NCBI GenBank assembly: GCA_963695545.1
Contig: OY968796.1
Coordinates: 2,656,001-2,720,000, forward strand
From: Terriglobia bacterium
GTDB taxonomy: Bacteria > Acidobacteriota > Terriglobia > Acidiferrales > UBA7541
Reading direction: 5' to 3'
DNA length: 64,000 bases
Both the position numbers and the translations under genes were made by a program. How positions within the stretch are numbered: position 1 is the stretch's first letter; the number at the start of each line of letters is the position of its first letter. Shown one piece after another: positions 38,829 through 49,513 of this stretch. A model generated the notes under the pieces. That model did no database searches and was not told the origin of the DNA. It saw only the letters and a list, made by a program, of their open reading frames with translations.

Positions 38829-41450
38829 ATGAAATCCATTGCCGATCAGCCCAGAGCTCCGGGAGCACAGTCGATTCCAAAGCCTGATGCGCCCCACCCG
38901 AAAGACGATCTGAAAACTCTGCCACTGGCGCAAGTCGAGAAAGAGCTGGGATCATCGCCAGGCGGCCTCAGCCAAGCTGAAGCGCAGAATCGTCTCACGC
39001 AGTACGGCCCGAATGAAATTGCGGAAAAGAAATCCAACCTCTTCCTGAAGTTCCTCTCGTATTTCTGGGGTCCCATCCCCTGGATGATCGAAGGGGCGGT
39101 GATTCTGTCGGGAGTCGTCCGGCACTGGCTGGATTTCTTCATCATTCTCTTTCTGCTCTTTTCCAACGCCTTGGTCGCATTTTGGGAAGAACATCAAGCG
39201 GGCAACGAAATTGCTGCGTTGCGGGCCAAGCTGGCCAGCAAGGCTCGGGTTCTGCGAGATGGAAAGTGGGTCACTCCGGTCGCGCGCGAATTGGTGCCGG
39301 GCGACGTCATCCGTTTGTGCCTCGGCGATATCGTGCCCGCCGACGCGCGCTTGCTCGCCGGCGATCCCGTGCAGGTAGATCAGTCCGCGTTAACCGGCGA
39401 ATCTCTGCCCGCGACGCGCAAACCCGGCGACGCTGTGTTTTCGGGCTCGATTCTCAAGCGCGGCGAAGCCGACGCGCTGGTTTACGCCACGGGCGCGAAA
39501 ACTTACTTCGGCAAGACCGCACAACTGGTCGAAGAGGCGACTACCGTCAGCCATTTCCAGCGTGCCGTGCTCAAAATTGGCGATTACCTGATCGCTCTCG
39601 CGGTAGCGTTAGTCGCGGTGATTGTTACCGTTGCGCTCTTCCGTCACGATCCAATCCTCAGCACGCTGGAGTTCGCTTTGGTCCTTCTGGTGGCCGCGAT
39701 TCCGGTGGCCATGCCCACTGTGCTTTCAGTCACCATGGCCGTCGGAGCGCGTCTGCTTGCAAAAAAACAGGCGATTGTCACCAAACTGTCGGCGATCGAG
39801 GAACTCGCTGGCGTGGATGTGCTGTGCTCTGACAAGACCGGCACCCTTACCCAGAACAAGCTGACACTGGGCGATCCGTTCTGCGCGAACAATGTGCCCG
39901 CCGATCAGATCATTCTTTGGGCCGCCCTCGCTTCGCGCGCGGAAGATAAGGACACGATCGACCTCGCTGTGATCGGCGGCGTGAAGGGCGATAACGCGCT
40001 GAAAACCTTTCAAGTACTCCACTTCCAGCCGTTCGACCCGGTGCATAAGCGCACCGAAGCCACCGTCAAGGGCGCGGACGGAAAACAGTTTTTTGTGGCC
40101 AAAGGCGCGCCGCAGGTGATTCTGGCAATGTCCACTAACGCCGGCGAGGTTAAGCCCGCCGTAGAGACAGCCGTCAATGAGTTTGCCGGACGCGGCTTCC
40201 GTTCCCTGGGCGTGGCCCGCGCGGATCAGGAAAATCAGTGGCAGTTTGTTGGCGTGTTGCCGATGTTCGATCCGCCGCGCGAGCAAGCCAAAGCCACTAT
40301 CGCAAGCGCCCAGAAGATGGGCGTGAGCGTGAAGATGGTTACCGGCGACCAATTGGCGATCGCACAGGAAACGGCCCGCCAATTAGGGATGGGCACGAAC
40401 ATCCTTGATGCCACCGTGCTGCGCGGTTCCAAGAATCCACAGTCACCGCAGTCGGTGACCGCCATCGAAAAAGCGGACGGTTTCGCTCAAGTATTTCCCG
40501 AAGACAAGTACAACATAGTCGACGTCCTGCAAAAGCACGGCCACATGGTCGGCATGACCGGCGACGGCGTCAACGACGCCCCTGCGCTGAAGAAAGCGGA
40601 TTGCGGCATCGCGGTTTCCGGCGCCACCGACGCGGCTCGTGCGGCGGCGTCCATCGTTCTGCTGGCGCCCGGCCTCTCGGTAATCATCGACGCGATCATG
40701 GAGAGCCGCCGCATCTTCCAGCGCATGAATAGCTACGCGATCTACCGCATCGCCGAGACGCTGCGCGTGCTGTTCTTCATGACGCTCGCGATCCTGGTCT
40801 TCAACTTCTATCCGGTGACCGCGGTGATGATCGTGATGATCGCGGTGCTCAATGATGGAGCCATCCTCTCCATTGCGTATGACAATGTTCATTACAAGGA
40901 CAAGCCCGAGGCCTGGAACATGCGCCTGGTGCTCGGAATTTCAACCGTCCTGGGCGTCATGGGCGTCATAGCCGCGTTCGGATTGTTTTATCTTGGCGAG
41001 CGCGTTTTTCACCTGGACCACGGCCGCATCCAAACGTTGATGTATCTGAAGCTTTCCGTAGCCGGACACTTGACCATTTTCCTCACGCGGACGCGCGGGC
41101 CGTTCTGGTCCATCCGTCCGGCGCGGATCCTGTGGGTTGCGGTGCTCGGCACGCAAACTGTGGCCACCCTGATCGCAGTTTACGGATTGTTTATGACGCC
41201 GCTCGGCTGGCGTTGGGCAGGATTCGTTTGGGGATACGCGCTGATATGGGCTCTCGTAAACGATCGCGTGAAGCTGCTCGCGTATCGGATTTTTGATCCT
41301 GTGAAAGCCGCACCTTCGGCCAAGAAGCAGCTCGACCTTACGCCGCAGATCGCGGCGCGGGCCTATGAGCTTTACCAGCAGCGAGTCCATGGCGAAAGCC
41401 AGGCCGATCAAGACTGGCATGAGGCGGAGCGCGAAATTAAGAAAACTTAA
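38829..41450 (+). CDS. Plasma-membrane proton-efflux P-type ATPase (P3A) with C-terminal DUF2934-like tail
   Basis: DQSALTGES, IPVAMPTVLSVTMA, CSDKTGTLT, FQPFDPVHKRT, KGAP, TGDGVNDAPALKKAD and NDG (TM6 Asp) motifs. Confidence 0.92.
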   Translation: MKSIADQPRAPGAQSIPKPDAPHPKDDLKTLPLAQVEKELGSSPGGLSQAEAQNRLTQYGPNEIAEKKSNLFLKFLSYFWGPIPWMIEGAVILSGVVRHWLDFFIILFLLFSNALVAFWEEHQAGNEIAALRAKLASKARVLRDGKWVTPVARELVPGDVIRLCLGDIVPADARLLAGDPVQVDQSALTGESLPATRKPGDAVFSGSILKRGEADALVYATGAKTYFGKTAQLVEEATTVSHFQRAVLKIGDYLIALAVALVAVIVTVALFRHDPILSTLEFALVLLVAAIPVAMPTVLSVTMAVGARLLAKKQAIVTKLSAIEELAGVDVLCSDKTGTLTQNKLTLGDPFCANNVPADQIILWAALASRAEDKDTIDLAVIGGVKGDNALKTFQVLHFQPFDPVHKRTEATVKGADGKQFFVAKGAPQVILAMSTNAGEVKPAVETAVNEFAGRGFRSLGVARADQENQWQFVGVLPMFDPPREQAKATIASAQKMGVSVKMVTGDQLAIAQETARQLGMGTNILDATVLRGSKNPQSPQSVTAIEKADGFAQVFPEDKYNIVDVLQKHGHMVGMTGDGVNDAPALKKADCGIAVSGATDAARAAASIVLLAPGLSVIIDAIMESRRIFQRMNSYAIYRIAETLRVLFFMTLAILVFNFYPVTAVMIVMIAVLNDGAILSIAYDNVHYKDKPEAWNMRLVLGISTVLGVMGVIAAFGLFYLGERVFHLDHGRIQTLMYLKLSVAGHLTIFLTRTRGPFWSIRPARILWVAVLGTQTVATLIAVYGLFMTPLGWRWAGFVWGYALIWALVNDRVKLLAYRIFDPVKAAPSAKKQLDLTPQIAARAYELYQQRVHGESQADQDWHEAEREIKKT

Positions 41451-41519
41451 AACTAGCCGTGACGCGATTTCAAGCAGGCGGGAAGCGGCGTTGCCGCTTT
41501 TCAGAAAATGGAGAATCAC

Positions 41520-42551
41520 ATGGAACTGGGAATGATCGGGCTGGGCCGAATGGGAACCAATATGGTGCGACGCCTGCGGAAGGCCGGCCATCAGTGTGTT
41601 GTCTATGACGTTCAAGCGGAAGCCGTGCAAGCGCTCGCCAAAGAGGGAGCGATCGGCGCGACGTCGCTTGAAGATTTCACGAAGAGACTGAAATCCCCGC
41701 GCGCGATCTGGATGATGGTGCCGGCTGCCGTGGTCGATCCGACGCTCGCGACTCTTGTCCCGTTGCTCGAACGCGACGACGTGGTTATCGATGGCGGCAA
41801 CTCCTACTATCATGATGACCTCCGCCGCGCCGGCGAATTGAAACCCAAGGGCATCCACTACGTCGACGTGGGAACCAGCGGCGGCGTGTGGGGCTCGGAG
41901 CGCGGATACTGTTTGATGATCGGCGGTGAACAATCCGTCGTCCAGCGCATCGATCCCATCTTCGCCGCGCTCGCCCCCAACATCGACGAAGCGCCGCGCA
42001 CGCCGGGCCGCGAAAAACTCGGCGGCACCGCCGAACACGGCTATCTGCACTGCGGTCCGAGCGGCGCGGGCCACTTCGTCAAAATGGTCCACAACGGCAT
42101 CGAGTACGGCATGATGGCCGCCTACGCGGAAGGTTTGAACATCCTTCATCATGCCAACGCCGGAAAACAGAAGCGCACCGTCGATGCCGAGACCACGCCG
42201 CTGCGCCACCCCGAGCTCTATCTGTACGACTTAAATCTCGCCGACATCGCCGAGGTCTGGCGCCGCGGGAGCGTCATCGCCTCGTGGCTGCTCGATCTCG
42301 CGGCCATCGCGCTCCTCGATAGCCCGGACCTCGGGAAGTACGCCGGCCGCGTGTCTGACTCGGGCGAAGGCCGCTGGACGATCGAGGCGGCCATCGACGA
42401 ATCGGTTCCGGCGCCGGTCCTGAGCGCCGCGCTGTACGAGCGCTTCAGTTCGCGCGGCGAGGCCGACTTCGCCGACAAGTTGTTGTCCGCGCTTCGTTTC
42501 CAATTCGGCGGCCACAAGGAAAAAGCCGACGTGCAGAAGGCAGGTGGCTAA
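41520..42551 (+). CDS. gnd: Decarboxylating 6-phosphogluconate dehydrogenase (short type)
   Basis: [45 protein letters not shown] and FGGH motifs. Confidence 0.93.
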   Translation: MELGMIGLGRMGTNMVRRLRKAGHQCVVYDVQAEAVQALAKEGAIGATSLEDFTKRLKSPRAIWMMVPAAVVDPTLATLVPLLERDDVVIDGGNSYYHDDLRRAGELKPKGIHYVDVGTSGGVWGSERGYCLMIGGEQSVVQRIDPIFAALAPNIDEAPRTPGREKLGGTAEHGYLHCGPSGAGHFVKMVHNGIEYGMMAAYAEGLNILHHANAGKQKRTVDAETTPLRHPELYLYDLNLADIAEVWRRGSVIASWLLDLAAIALLDSPDLGKYAGRVSDSGEGRWTIEAAIDESVPAPVLSAALYERFSSRGEADFADKLLSALRFQFGGHKEKADVQKAGG

Positions 42552-42672
42552 TCACCGCCTCGCGCCGCGCGCCATGGCGTTCCGCCAATCGCACCGTTGT
42601 TTTCGATTGTCTAAGTAGCGCGCGGCGCCTCGAGTGCGGCGTTTCGCAAGACTCACGCGCCAAGTTGAAACC

Positions 42673-43980
42673 ATGAGCAGCCAGAAGTTGACCGTCGATG
42701 CCGAGCTGGAAAAGCTTCAGCGCGATTCGTTCAAATATTTCTTGCATGAGGCGAATCAAGCCAACGGGCTGGTGATCGACAAAAACGAAGCGGGCTCGCC
42801 TGCGAGCATCGCCGCCGTCGGCTTTGCGCTTGCGTGTTACCCGGTGGCCGTTGAGCGCGGATTTATGCCGCGCGCCGCGGCGATCGAGCGAACGCTCGCG
42901 ACACTGCGTTTTTTTTGGAACAGCCCGCAAGGCCCCGAACCGGACGCGACCGGCTATCGCGGCTTTTATTATCATTTTCTCGACATGCACACCGCCCGGC
43001 GCGCCTGGCAGTGCGAGCTGTCCACAGTGGACAGCGGCTTTCTGCTGGCCGGTGCATTGGCCGCTGGAATTTATTTTTCCGCCGACACGCCGGACGAAAG
43101 CGAAATTCGCACGCTGGCCGACGCGCTCTACCGGCGCGCGGACTGGAATTGGGCGCAAGACGGCGGCGCAACGGTAACGCACGGCTGGAAACCTGAAGGC
43201 GGATTTCTGAAGTATCGCTGGCAAGGCTACGACGAGGCGCTGTTGTTGTACGTCCTCGGCCTCGGCTCGCCGACTTTTCCGCTGCCCGAAGGAAGCTATT
43301 CGGCGTGGGCTTCCACTTATCAGTGGGGAAAGTATTGCAGACAAGATTATCTTTACGCCGGACCGCTGTTCACGCACCAGCTTTCGCATGTGTGGATCGA
43401 TTTTCGCGGCATCCAGGACGCGTTCATGCGCGAGAAGGGCATCGACTATTTTGAGAACAGCCGCCGCGCAACTTACGCCCAGCAGCGATACGCGATCGAG
43501 AATCCACTCAAGTTCGCAGGCTATGGCCGCAATTGCTGGGGAATTACCGCAGGCGACGGCCCCGGCCCGGCCACGATTAAGGTAAATGGGATCGTGCGCC
43601 AATTCTTCGATTACGAGGGACGCGGCGTGCCCTACGGACCTGACGATGGAACGATCGCGCCGTGGGCGGTGGTCGCGTCGCTGCCGTTCGCGCCCGAGAT
43701 CGTGTTGCCCGCGCTCGACCACTACATTCACCGGGCTAAATTGGCCGAACATAACTCCTACGGCTTCAGAGCGTCTTTCAACCTGACGTTCCCCCAAAAG
43801 GTTCATGACGAGCGCGGCTGGATTTCGCGATGGCACTTTGGGATCAATCAAGGTCCGATCGTTTTGATGATCGAAAATTATCGGACGGGATTGTTGTGGC
43901 AATTGATGCGAAGCTGTCCCTACATCGCGAGCGGCTTGCGCCGCGCGGATTTTCGCGGTGGCTGGCTGCAAGCATTGTGA
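42673..43980 (+). CDS. Glucoamylase-like / GH144-like (beta-1,2-glucanase family) protein, cytoplasmic
   Basis: SIAAVGFAL, GYRGFYYHFLD, ELSTVD, GYDEALLLY, GPLFTHQ and GINQGPIVLMIENYRTG motifs. Confidence 0.8.
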   Translation: MSSQKLTVDAELEKLQRDSFKYFLHEANQANGLVIDKNEAGSPASIAAVGFALACYPVAVERGFMPRAAAIERTLATLRFFWNSPQGPEPDATGYRGFYYHFLDMHTARRAWQCELSTVDSGFLLAGALAAGIYFSADTPDESEIRTLADALYRRADWNWAQDGGATVTHGWKPEGGFLKYRWQGYDEALLLYVLGLGSPTFPLPEGSYSAWASTYQWGKYCRQDYLYAGPLFTHQLSHVWIDFRGIQDAFMREKGIDYFENSRRATYAQQRYAIENPLKFAGYGRNCWGITAGDGPGPATIKVNGIVRQFFDYEGRGVPYGPDDGTIAPWAVVASLPFAPEIVLPALDHYIHRAKLAEHNSYGFRASFNLTFPQKVHDERGWISRWHFGINQGPIVLMIENYRTGLLWQLMRSCPYIASGLRRADFRGGWLQAL

Positions 43981-44073
43981 GGTGAATTTGGTGCGATAAT
44001 CATGCTGACGATTTCGGATGGGCAGGCAGTGGGACAAATTTGGGCCGTGAATCCGTAAGCGAGGGCATTCCCC

Positions 44074-46503
44074 ATGGCCAATTTTTGGCGCGACACTGTT
44101 CACGGTTTTCGTCTGCTGCGAAAAAATCCCGCGTTTGCCTGCGTCGCGATCCTGGCGCTGGCGCTCGGCATCGGCGCCAACACGGCGATCTTCAGCGTGG
44201 TGTACGGCGCGATGCTGGCTCCTCTTCCGTACCCTGATCCCGACAGACTTATGGTAGTGTGGTCCACGACGCAAGGGAATCACACCGAGGTTTCTCCCGC
44301 CGATTTTCTGGACTGGAAACGCGACAATACCGTGTTCGAGTCCCTGGTAGCCCTGACTTTTGGTCGGGTCACTCTGTCCGACTCGACCGGCGCGGAACAG
44401 GTCTCGATTTCGTACGGGACACCTGACAACCACAATACATTCGGAGAACGAATGGTGCGGGGACGCGATTTCCTGCCGGAAGAAGGCGAGCCGGGCAAGG
44501 ATCACGTTACCGTTCTCAGCTACGAATTGTGGCGGGATCGCTTCGGCAGCGATCCGAATATTCTCGGTAAAACCATTCGACTCGACCGCGAGCCGTACAC
44601 CGTGATCGGTGTAAGTCAACCTGCGCCTACCGACCGCGAAAGGAAGGGACTGGGCGTGCCCCTTTCCTTCCCGCCAGAACAGATCCGGCGTGACAATCAC
44701 TATCTGATCGTGGAGGGCCGGCTGAAGCCGGGCGTAAGCGTCGCGCAGGCCAACGCGGAAATGGCGGCGATCGTTCAGCACATTGACGAGACCTATCCCG
44801 AATCGAGCAAGGGCTGGGGCGTTCAAGTGGTACCGCTCAAGAATGCGTGGCTGGACCCCAACCTGCGTGCGAGTCTCTTGTTGCTTATGGTTGCGGTGGG
44901 ATTCGTCCTGTTGATCGCATGCACGAACGTCGCGAATCTGCTGCTTGCGCAGGGCGTAGCGCGCCAGAGAGAAATTGCCGTACGTGGCGCGCTGGGAGCC
45001 ACGCGCGGTCAAGTGATTCGACAGTTCCTTACGGAAAGCTTGTGGCTGGCGGCGATCGGTGCGGGCCTGGGCATCGCTCTGGCGTGGGCGCTCATAAAAA
45101 TTGTGATGGCGTTGGTCCCGCGCTACACGTTGCCGATGGACAAGCCGATTGGTTTGCAGTACCCCGTTTTGCTGTTTAGCCTGGCAATCACGGTGCTTTC
45201 GAGCGTGCTGTTCGGGTCCGCGCCCGCATGGCAGGCTTCGCGCCTGAATTTGAGCGATGCACTGAAGGAAGGAGGACGCTCGGCCGTCGGCACGCGCCGG
45301 CATTGGCTGCGTCGCGCGCTGGTTGTGACGGAGTTTGCGCTCGCGCTCACACTGCTGGCCGGCGGCGGAATGGCGATTCATAGTTTTTGGAAACTGGCGA
45401 ACGTGGATCTCGGTTTCCGGAAGGACCACGTGCTCACGTTTTATCTTCCCTTGCGGCGGGGCGAACTTAAGGCTCCGGAACAAATCGAAACTTACTATCG
45501 CCAGTTCCTGGACAAAATCTCGGCGCTGCCGGGTGTAACGTCCGAGTCGGCCGCGACGGGGATGCCTGTGTACGGCCCGGGATTTGACGGCATGCCTTTT
45601 AGCATCGCAGGCCAGGCGGCTGGCGAATCTTCGTCGCAGCCGGTCGTCGGTTTCAGTATGGTGACACCGGCTTACTTCGATACCTTTGGGATTCGCATCG
45701 ATCGAGGCCGCGCTTTCACCGAGGAAGACACTGCGGGAAGCGCCCGCGTCGCTATCGTCAGCGAGCAGTTCGTAAAACGATACCTTTCCGGTCGCGATCC
45801 GCTGACTGAGATCGTCAACGCTGGCCAACCTGTCGTCGGCGCCATGCAACCAGGTCCGCCCGTCGCATGGCAAATCGTGGGGGTCAGCCACGACGTCCGA
45901 AATCGCGGCGTACGGAACGAGGACCTCCCCGAAATGTACGTGCCATTTTGGCAATGTCCTTGGCCTTGGGCGGTTATGGCTGTGCGCACGGCGAGCGATC
46001 CGGCTAGCTTGAGCGAGGGCATCGCCAGCATCGTGCATTCCACGGATCCCGATCTGGCGATGGCTGAGGTGATGACCATGGACCAGCTGGTAGATGAATC
46101 CATGGATTCGGAGCGCTTTGAAGCATTGTTGTTCGGAAGCTTTAGCGGAGTGGCGCTGCTGCTGGCGGCGCTGGGAATTTATGGCGTGATGGCGTTCGAG
46201 GTGGAGCAGCGAACGCACGAAATTGGATTGCGGATGGCGCTGGGCGCGGGGCGCGCGGAGGTGCTCGCGCTTATATTGAAGGACGGGATGATCCAGGCGA
46301 TTGCCGGACTCGCGTTGGGATTCGTGGGCGCATTTTTTGTGGGGCGGGCGATGCAAAGCCGGTTGTATGGGATTGGCGCGATCGATCCGGTCGCGCTCGG
46401 CGGAGTGGCGGCGGTGCTGCTGGCCGCGGCGCTGCTCGCATGTTACGTGCCCGCGCGGCGTGCGACGAAAGTCGATCCGATGGTGGCGTTGCGCGAAGAG
46501 TGA
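44074..46503 (+). CDS. ADOP-type duplicated ABC permease (MacB/FtsX-like)
   Basis: LALGIGANTAIFSVV, LLIACTNVANLLLA, REIAVRGALGA, RTHEIGLRMALGA and PARRATKVDPMVALR motifs. Confidence 0.92.
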   Translation: MANFWRDTVHGFRLLRKNPAFACVAILALALGIGANTAIFSVVYGAMLAPLPYPDPDRLMVVWSTTQGNHTEVSPADFLDWKRDNTVFESLVALTFGRVTLSDSTGAEQVSISYGTPDNHNTFGERMVRGRDFLPEEGEPGKDHVTVLSYELWRDRFGSDPNILGKTIRLDREPYTVIGVSQPAPTDRERKGLGVPLSFPPEQIRRDNHYLIVEGRLKPGVSVAQANAEMAAIVQHIDETYPESSKGWGVQVVPLKNAWLDPNLRASLLLLMVAVGFVLLIACTNVANLLLAQGVARQREIAVRGALGATRGQVIRQFLTESLWLAAIGAGLGIALAWALIKIVMALVPRYTLPMDKPIGLQYPVLLFSLAITVLSSVLFGSAPAWQASRLNLSDALKEGGRSAVGTRRHWLRRALVVTEFALALTLLAGGGMAIHSFWKLANVDLGFRKDHVLTFYLPLRRGELKAPEQIETYYRQFLDKISALPGVTSESAATGMPVYGPGFDGMPFSIAGQAAGESSSQPVVGFSMVTPAYFDTFGIRIDRGRAFTEEDTAGSARVAIVSEQFVKRYLSGRDPLTEIVNAGQPVVGAMQPGPPVAWQIVGVSHDVRNRGVRNEDLPEMYVPFWQCPWPWAVMAVRTASDPASLSEGIASIVHSTDPDLAMAEVMTMDQLVDESMDSERFEALLFGSFSGVALLLAALGIYGVMAFEVEQRTHEIGLRMALGAGRAEVLALILKDGMIQAIAGLALGFVGAFFVGRAMQSRLYGIGAIDPVALGGVAAVLLAAALLACYVPARRATKVDPMVALREE

Positions 46504-46571
46504 CGCTTCGCGGATTGGCCGGAGCCCGCGCGAAATATTTTCGCGCGCCTCGAGTTGGAACATCGTTCGCA

Positions 46572-48722
46572 TCAGGCCGAATACATGGCGGCGACCTCAT
46601 AGTCGAGAACACTGGGGATCACAAACCCGATCACGTTGCCGGTTTGACAGAAGGGAATTGATTTTTCGGCGCGAAGCAACTCGACGCGCGAGACGTTTCT
46701 GCCGGCGGGCAACGTCATGCTAACGCGCTGTTCGCCGATGGGGTAGAAATTGCGTATCCAGCCTTTGTGCGCGTGGGGATTCGTGTAGTTGAGAATGTGA
46801 ACGGCGAAGCCTGCGTCTGTTTCCCATGCAAAAGTTTCAATGATGCCATCGCCTTGAACTTGCACGGGCGAATTTCCATTGCTGACCCAGCGGATGGAAT
46901 TTTGAATCAGGCGGCTTAGATCGGTATTGCCGGATCGCCACATGGTGCGCTCGATGTCGCTGGGGAAATAGACGAGGCGGCTGGCGCCGGATTGCTTCAC
47001 GATGATGGCGGGGTCGTTCGTTTTCGGTATGGGTGGATAAGAAAGTTCGGGAGGATATGCGACATACGCGGGCACTACCGTTAAGACGGGATTATCCACC
47101 GGCGCGATGGGTAGAAGAAATTCGGCGCCGGGAATCCAATCGGTGTTCGCGAAGCCGTCGAGGATTTCGTGGCTGCGTTCGATGCGCGCGAGAAATCCAT
47201 TTCCAGTGGAGGTTTTCGGAAGGCCGAGGTTTTGGATACCAAAAACATCGGCTAGTCCGAAATCCGGGCGGCGTTCATTCTGATCTGTATACATGCTGGT
47301 TTCAAATGAGGCGAGCAGGGAGCCGCCGGCCGCAACGAAATCGCGGAGCTGCTGGCACTGGGCGTCGCTCAAGAGCGCGATGTTGGGCAGAAGCAGCGCA
47401 TTGTACTTTTTTAGATTTTCGGCGGCGAGATCGTCCTCGTGCACGAAATCGAAAAGGAAACGGCCTTCGAGTAATGCGTAGTAAAGACCTTGGACGGACT
47501 GGGCGGCGTCTCCTTCTCCCGGCGATTGATAGAACAACTGGGTGCGCTGACCCATGACGACGGCGATGTTCGCGATGGAGCGTTTGTTTTTGAAATGGCG
47601 ATCGTGTTGGGCGATCCAATCGAAGTGAGCGCGGCCAGGCTCTTGCCAGCGGCGATCGGCGCCGAGTCCATCTTCTGCGCCGATGAAGTGATACCAGGGC
47701 ACCATTCCGCTGGCGAGGGCTTCATTCATCCACATGCGCGCTTCGTTCGGAGATTTTGCGATGTTTCTCCAGCGCGGAGTTCCGGTGGACCAGGCGGCGA
47801 CGACGTTGGTGCTGCTGCGGCCCTTCATGATGGCGTTACAGACGCGCCCTTGGAGTGAGCAGCCCCAGATCGGAGCGGCGTCACCACCGCGGCCCTGATT
47901 ATCGCAATTGAACCAATCGGCGAGGCCTTCGACTGCTTTCAGATTTGGACCGCACTTGATGGCGCCGCCCATATTCGCGAAGAAAAGATTTTCCGGGCGC
48001 TTCTCTTTGGCGATTCCGTCGTAGAGGCGCCACAAGTAGACGAAGCGCTCGTTGAATTTGTCCCAATACGCGGGGGTGCGCGGCGCGGGCAGATTCTTGC
48101 ATTGATCGCAATAACAGACGGGCAACTGGCCGATGGGAGGCCAGGCATTGGTGAAAATTCCGTCTATGTCGTACCGTGAATTCACTTCGCGCATGATCGC
48201 GGGAATGTAGTCGGTGAAATAGCTTGTGAACATGCAGGTCTGATAGAGCCGGGGATCTTCGGTGTGTTGCAGGGGATTGCCCTGCGGATCGCGCTTGAAC
48301 CATTTGGGGTGGGCTTTGAGGGCGTCCTCCCAATTCAGGTCCGGGCTCATGCGCGCGACGACGCGGATGTTTCGTTTTTTCGCGGCGGAGCAGCATTCGC
48401 CGAAGAAATCGCGGTCGTTTAGATATTTGCCTCTGCGGTGGAAGGGAACCGCGGTGGGATAGAACGCGAGGATTCCGGTGACGCTGATGAGCACGGCGTC
48501 AACTTTCAGGCTGGCCCAATAATCGGCCCATTCCTCCACGTTCATGACGGCGGGATCGTGCTCGGTCATATTGAGCTGGCCGATGCGGCGGATGTTTTGA
48601 TGCCACGGCGCCGTGGGAGAATCAGGGCCTTGCGCGAAGAGATCAGCGGGCAGGGAAGCGGCAGCCGCGGCCGCGGCCGAAAGTGCCATGAAGTCACGAC
48701 GATTAATTTCCACGGGTTTCAC
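46572..48722 (-). CDS. Tat-exported putative glycoside hydrolase (GHL6-like TIM barrel plus beta-galactosidase trimerisation/GATase-like domain)
   Basis: GTG start with AGGA RBS; NRRDFM Tat signal; YDIDGIFTN and LLLPNIALLSDAQCQQLRDFVAAGGSLLASFETS motifs. Confidence 0.7.
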   Translation of the reverse strand: MKPVEINRRDFMALSAAAAAAASLPADLFAQGPDSPTAPWHQNIRRIGQLNMTEHDPAVMNVEEWADYWASLKVDAVLISVTGILAFYPTAVPFHRRGKYLNDRDFFGECCSAAKKRNIRVVARMSPDLNWEDALKAHPKWFKRDPQGNPLQHTEDPRLYQTCMFTSYFTDYIPAIMREVNSRYDIDGIFTNAWPPIGQLPVCYCDQCKNLPAPRTPAYWDKFNERFVYLWRLYDGIAKEKRPENLFFANMGGAIKCGPNLKAVEGLADWFNCDNQGRGGDAAPIWGCSLQGRVCNAIMKGRSSTNVVAAWSTGTPRWRNIAKSPNEARMWMNEALASGMVPWYHFIGAEDGLGADRRWQEPGRAHFDWIAQHDRHFKNKRSIANIAVVMGQRTQLFYQSPGEGDAAQSVQGLYYALLEGRFLFDFVHEDDLAAENLKKYNALLLPNIALLSDAQCQQLRDFVAAGGSLLASFETSMYTDQNERRPDFGLADVFGIQNLGLPKTSTGNGFLARIERSHEILDGFANTDWIPGAEFLLPIAPVDNPVLTVVPAYVAYPPELSYPPIPKTNDPAIIVKQSGASRLVYFPSDIERTMWRSGNTDLSRLIQNSIRWVSNGNSPVQVQGDGIIETFAWETDAGFAVHILNYTNPHAHKGWIRNFYPIGEQRVSMTLPAGRNVSRVELLRAEKSIPFCQTGNVIGFVIPSVLDYEVAAMYSA

Positions 48723-48866
48723 CGTCCTGTTGCGTCAGCGAGATTTGTAAACCGGCAGAATCGCCCGGCGGGATTCTTGTATCACAGCGGGCGAGGGGGG
48801 TAATCCATCTTGCGTAGCATGGCGCCAAATTGGCCGGACGGTGGGTCGCCCCGAGGGGCGTATATA

Positions 48867-49187
48867 CACCCCCGGTATATTTTGCGAAAGTATTGAAAAT
48901 GCAGGGTTTGCAGGGAAAGAGTGCGGATGAGTGTGAAAAGGCAAGGAGTTAAAAGCCATGCTTTTCAGTGAGTTGCGCACTCTTTTGCAATCGATTGAAA
49001 ACAAAGATGCTTGCAGGGGGGCTCTGAGTGCTAAGAGTGCAGATTTGCGGTGCGATCGGCGCAGGGCGAGACGTGCTTCGGGGCACAACGAGAGTTGCGC
49101 GGAGGGCAATTCGAATTGAATTCGGGCGAACACGAAGCAGGATAGCATGCGTGTGTAGAAGTGTCAATAACTAAATAAGTATTCGAA
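48867..49187 (-). repeat. Dispersed intergenic element, copy B
   Basis: Same order of motifs as 6135-6465; see findings. Confidence 0.7.
49139..49167 (-). promoter_or_regulatory. sigma70-type promoter TTGACA-17-TATCCT with extended -10 TG
   Basis: Plus strand TGTCAA at 49162-49167 and AGGATA at 49139-49144. Confidence 0.6.
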
Positions 49188-49513
49188 ATAATTTCCACAG
49201 GGCGGCGACAACCGGGCGGCGGTAGGTTTTCGGACGGAGCGCGTTCGGCCGGCCCGCGTGCGGACGACGAGGCGCGGCGAAGCCCGGGGGAAATTTCGGA
49301 TATGTGGGCGGGCGGGGCGGTGATAGTATAACGATCCAAAGGACTTGTGTGGCCTGGAAGCGGGCGCGTCAGATAGGGTGCTGACGGCCGGCGGAGTGTC
49401 CTGGCGAAGCGAGCCGGGGAATGCGGAACTCGGACCGCGGCAATTTGATGCTGCGGGTGCCACCGTATGTGCCTCGAAGCACGGGCACAGGCGCCGCGAA
49501 GGCTGCAAGTCAC

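Noticed and set aside
177..42209. Other long antisense ORFs (for example 177-1631, 9025-10479, 15070-16647, 31107-32798, 35284-36927, 40941-42209)
   Set aside because: Each overlaps a well-supported gene on the opposite strand and lacks family motifs.
46527..46547. Hairpin CGCGCGAAA-TAT-TTTCGCGCG between convergent genes (another at about 16918-16943)
   Set aside because: Possibly terminators but no U tract, and the two are not similar enough to call a REP family.
42445..46572. 1375-aa minus-strand ORF
   Set aside because: Antisense shadow of the GH144-like and ADOP genes; Arg/His-rich with no recognisable motifs, as expected in high-GC DNA.
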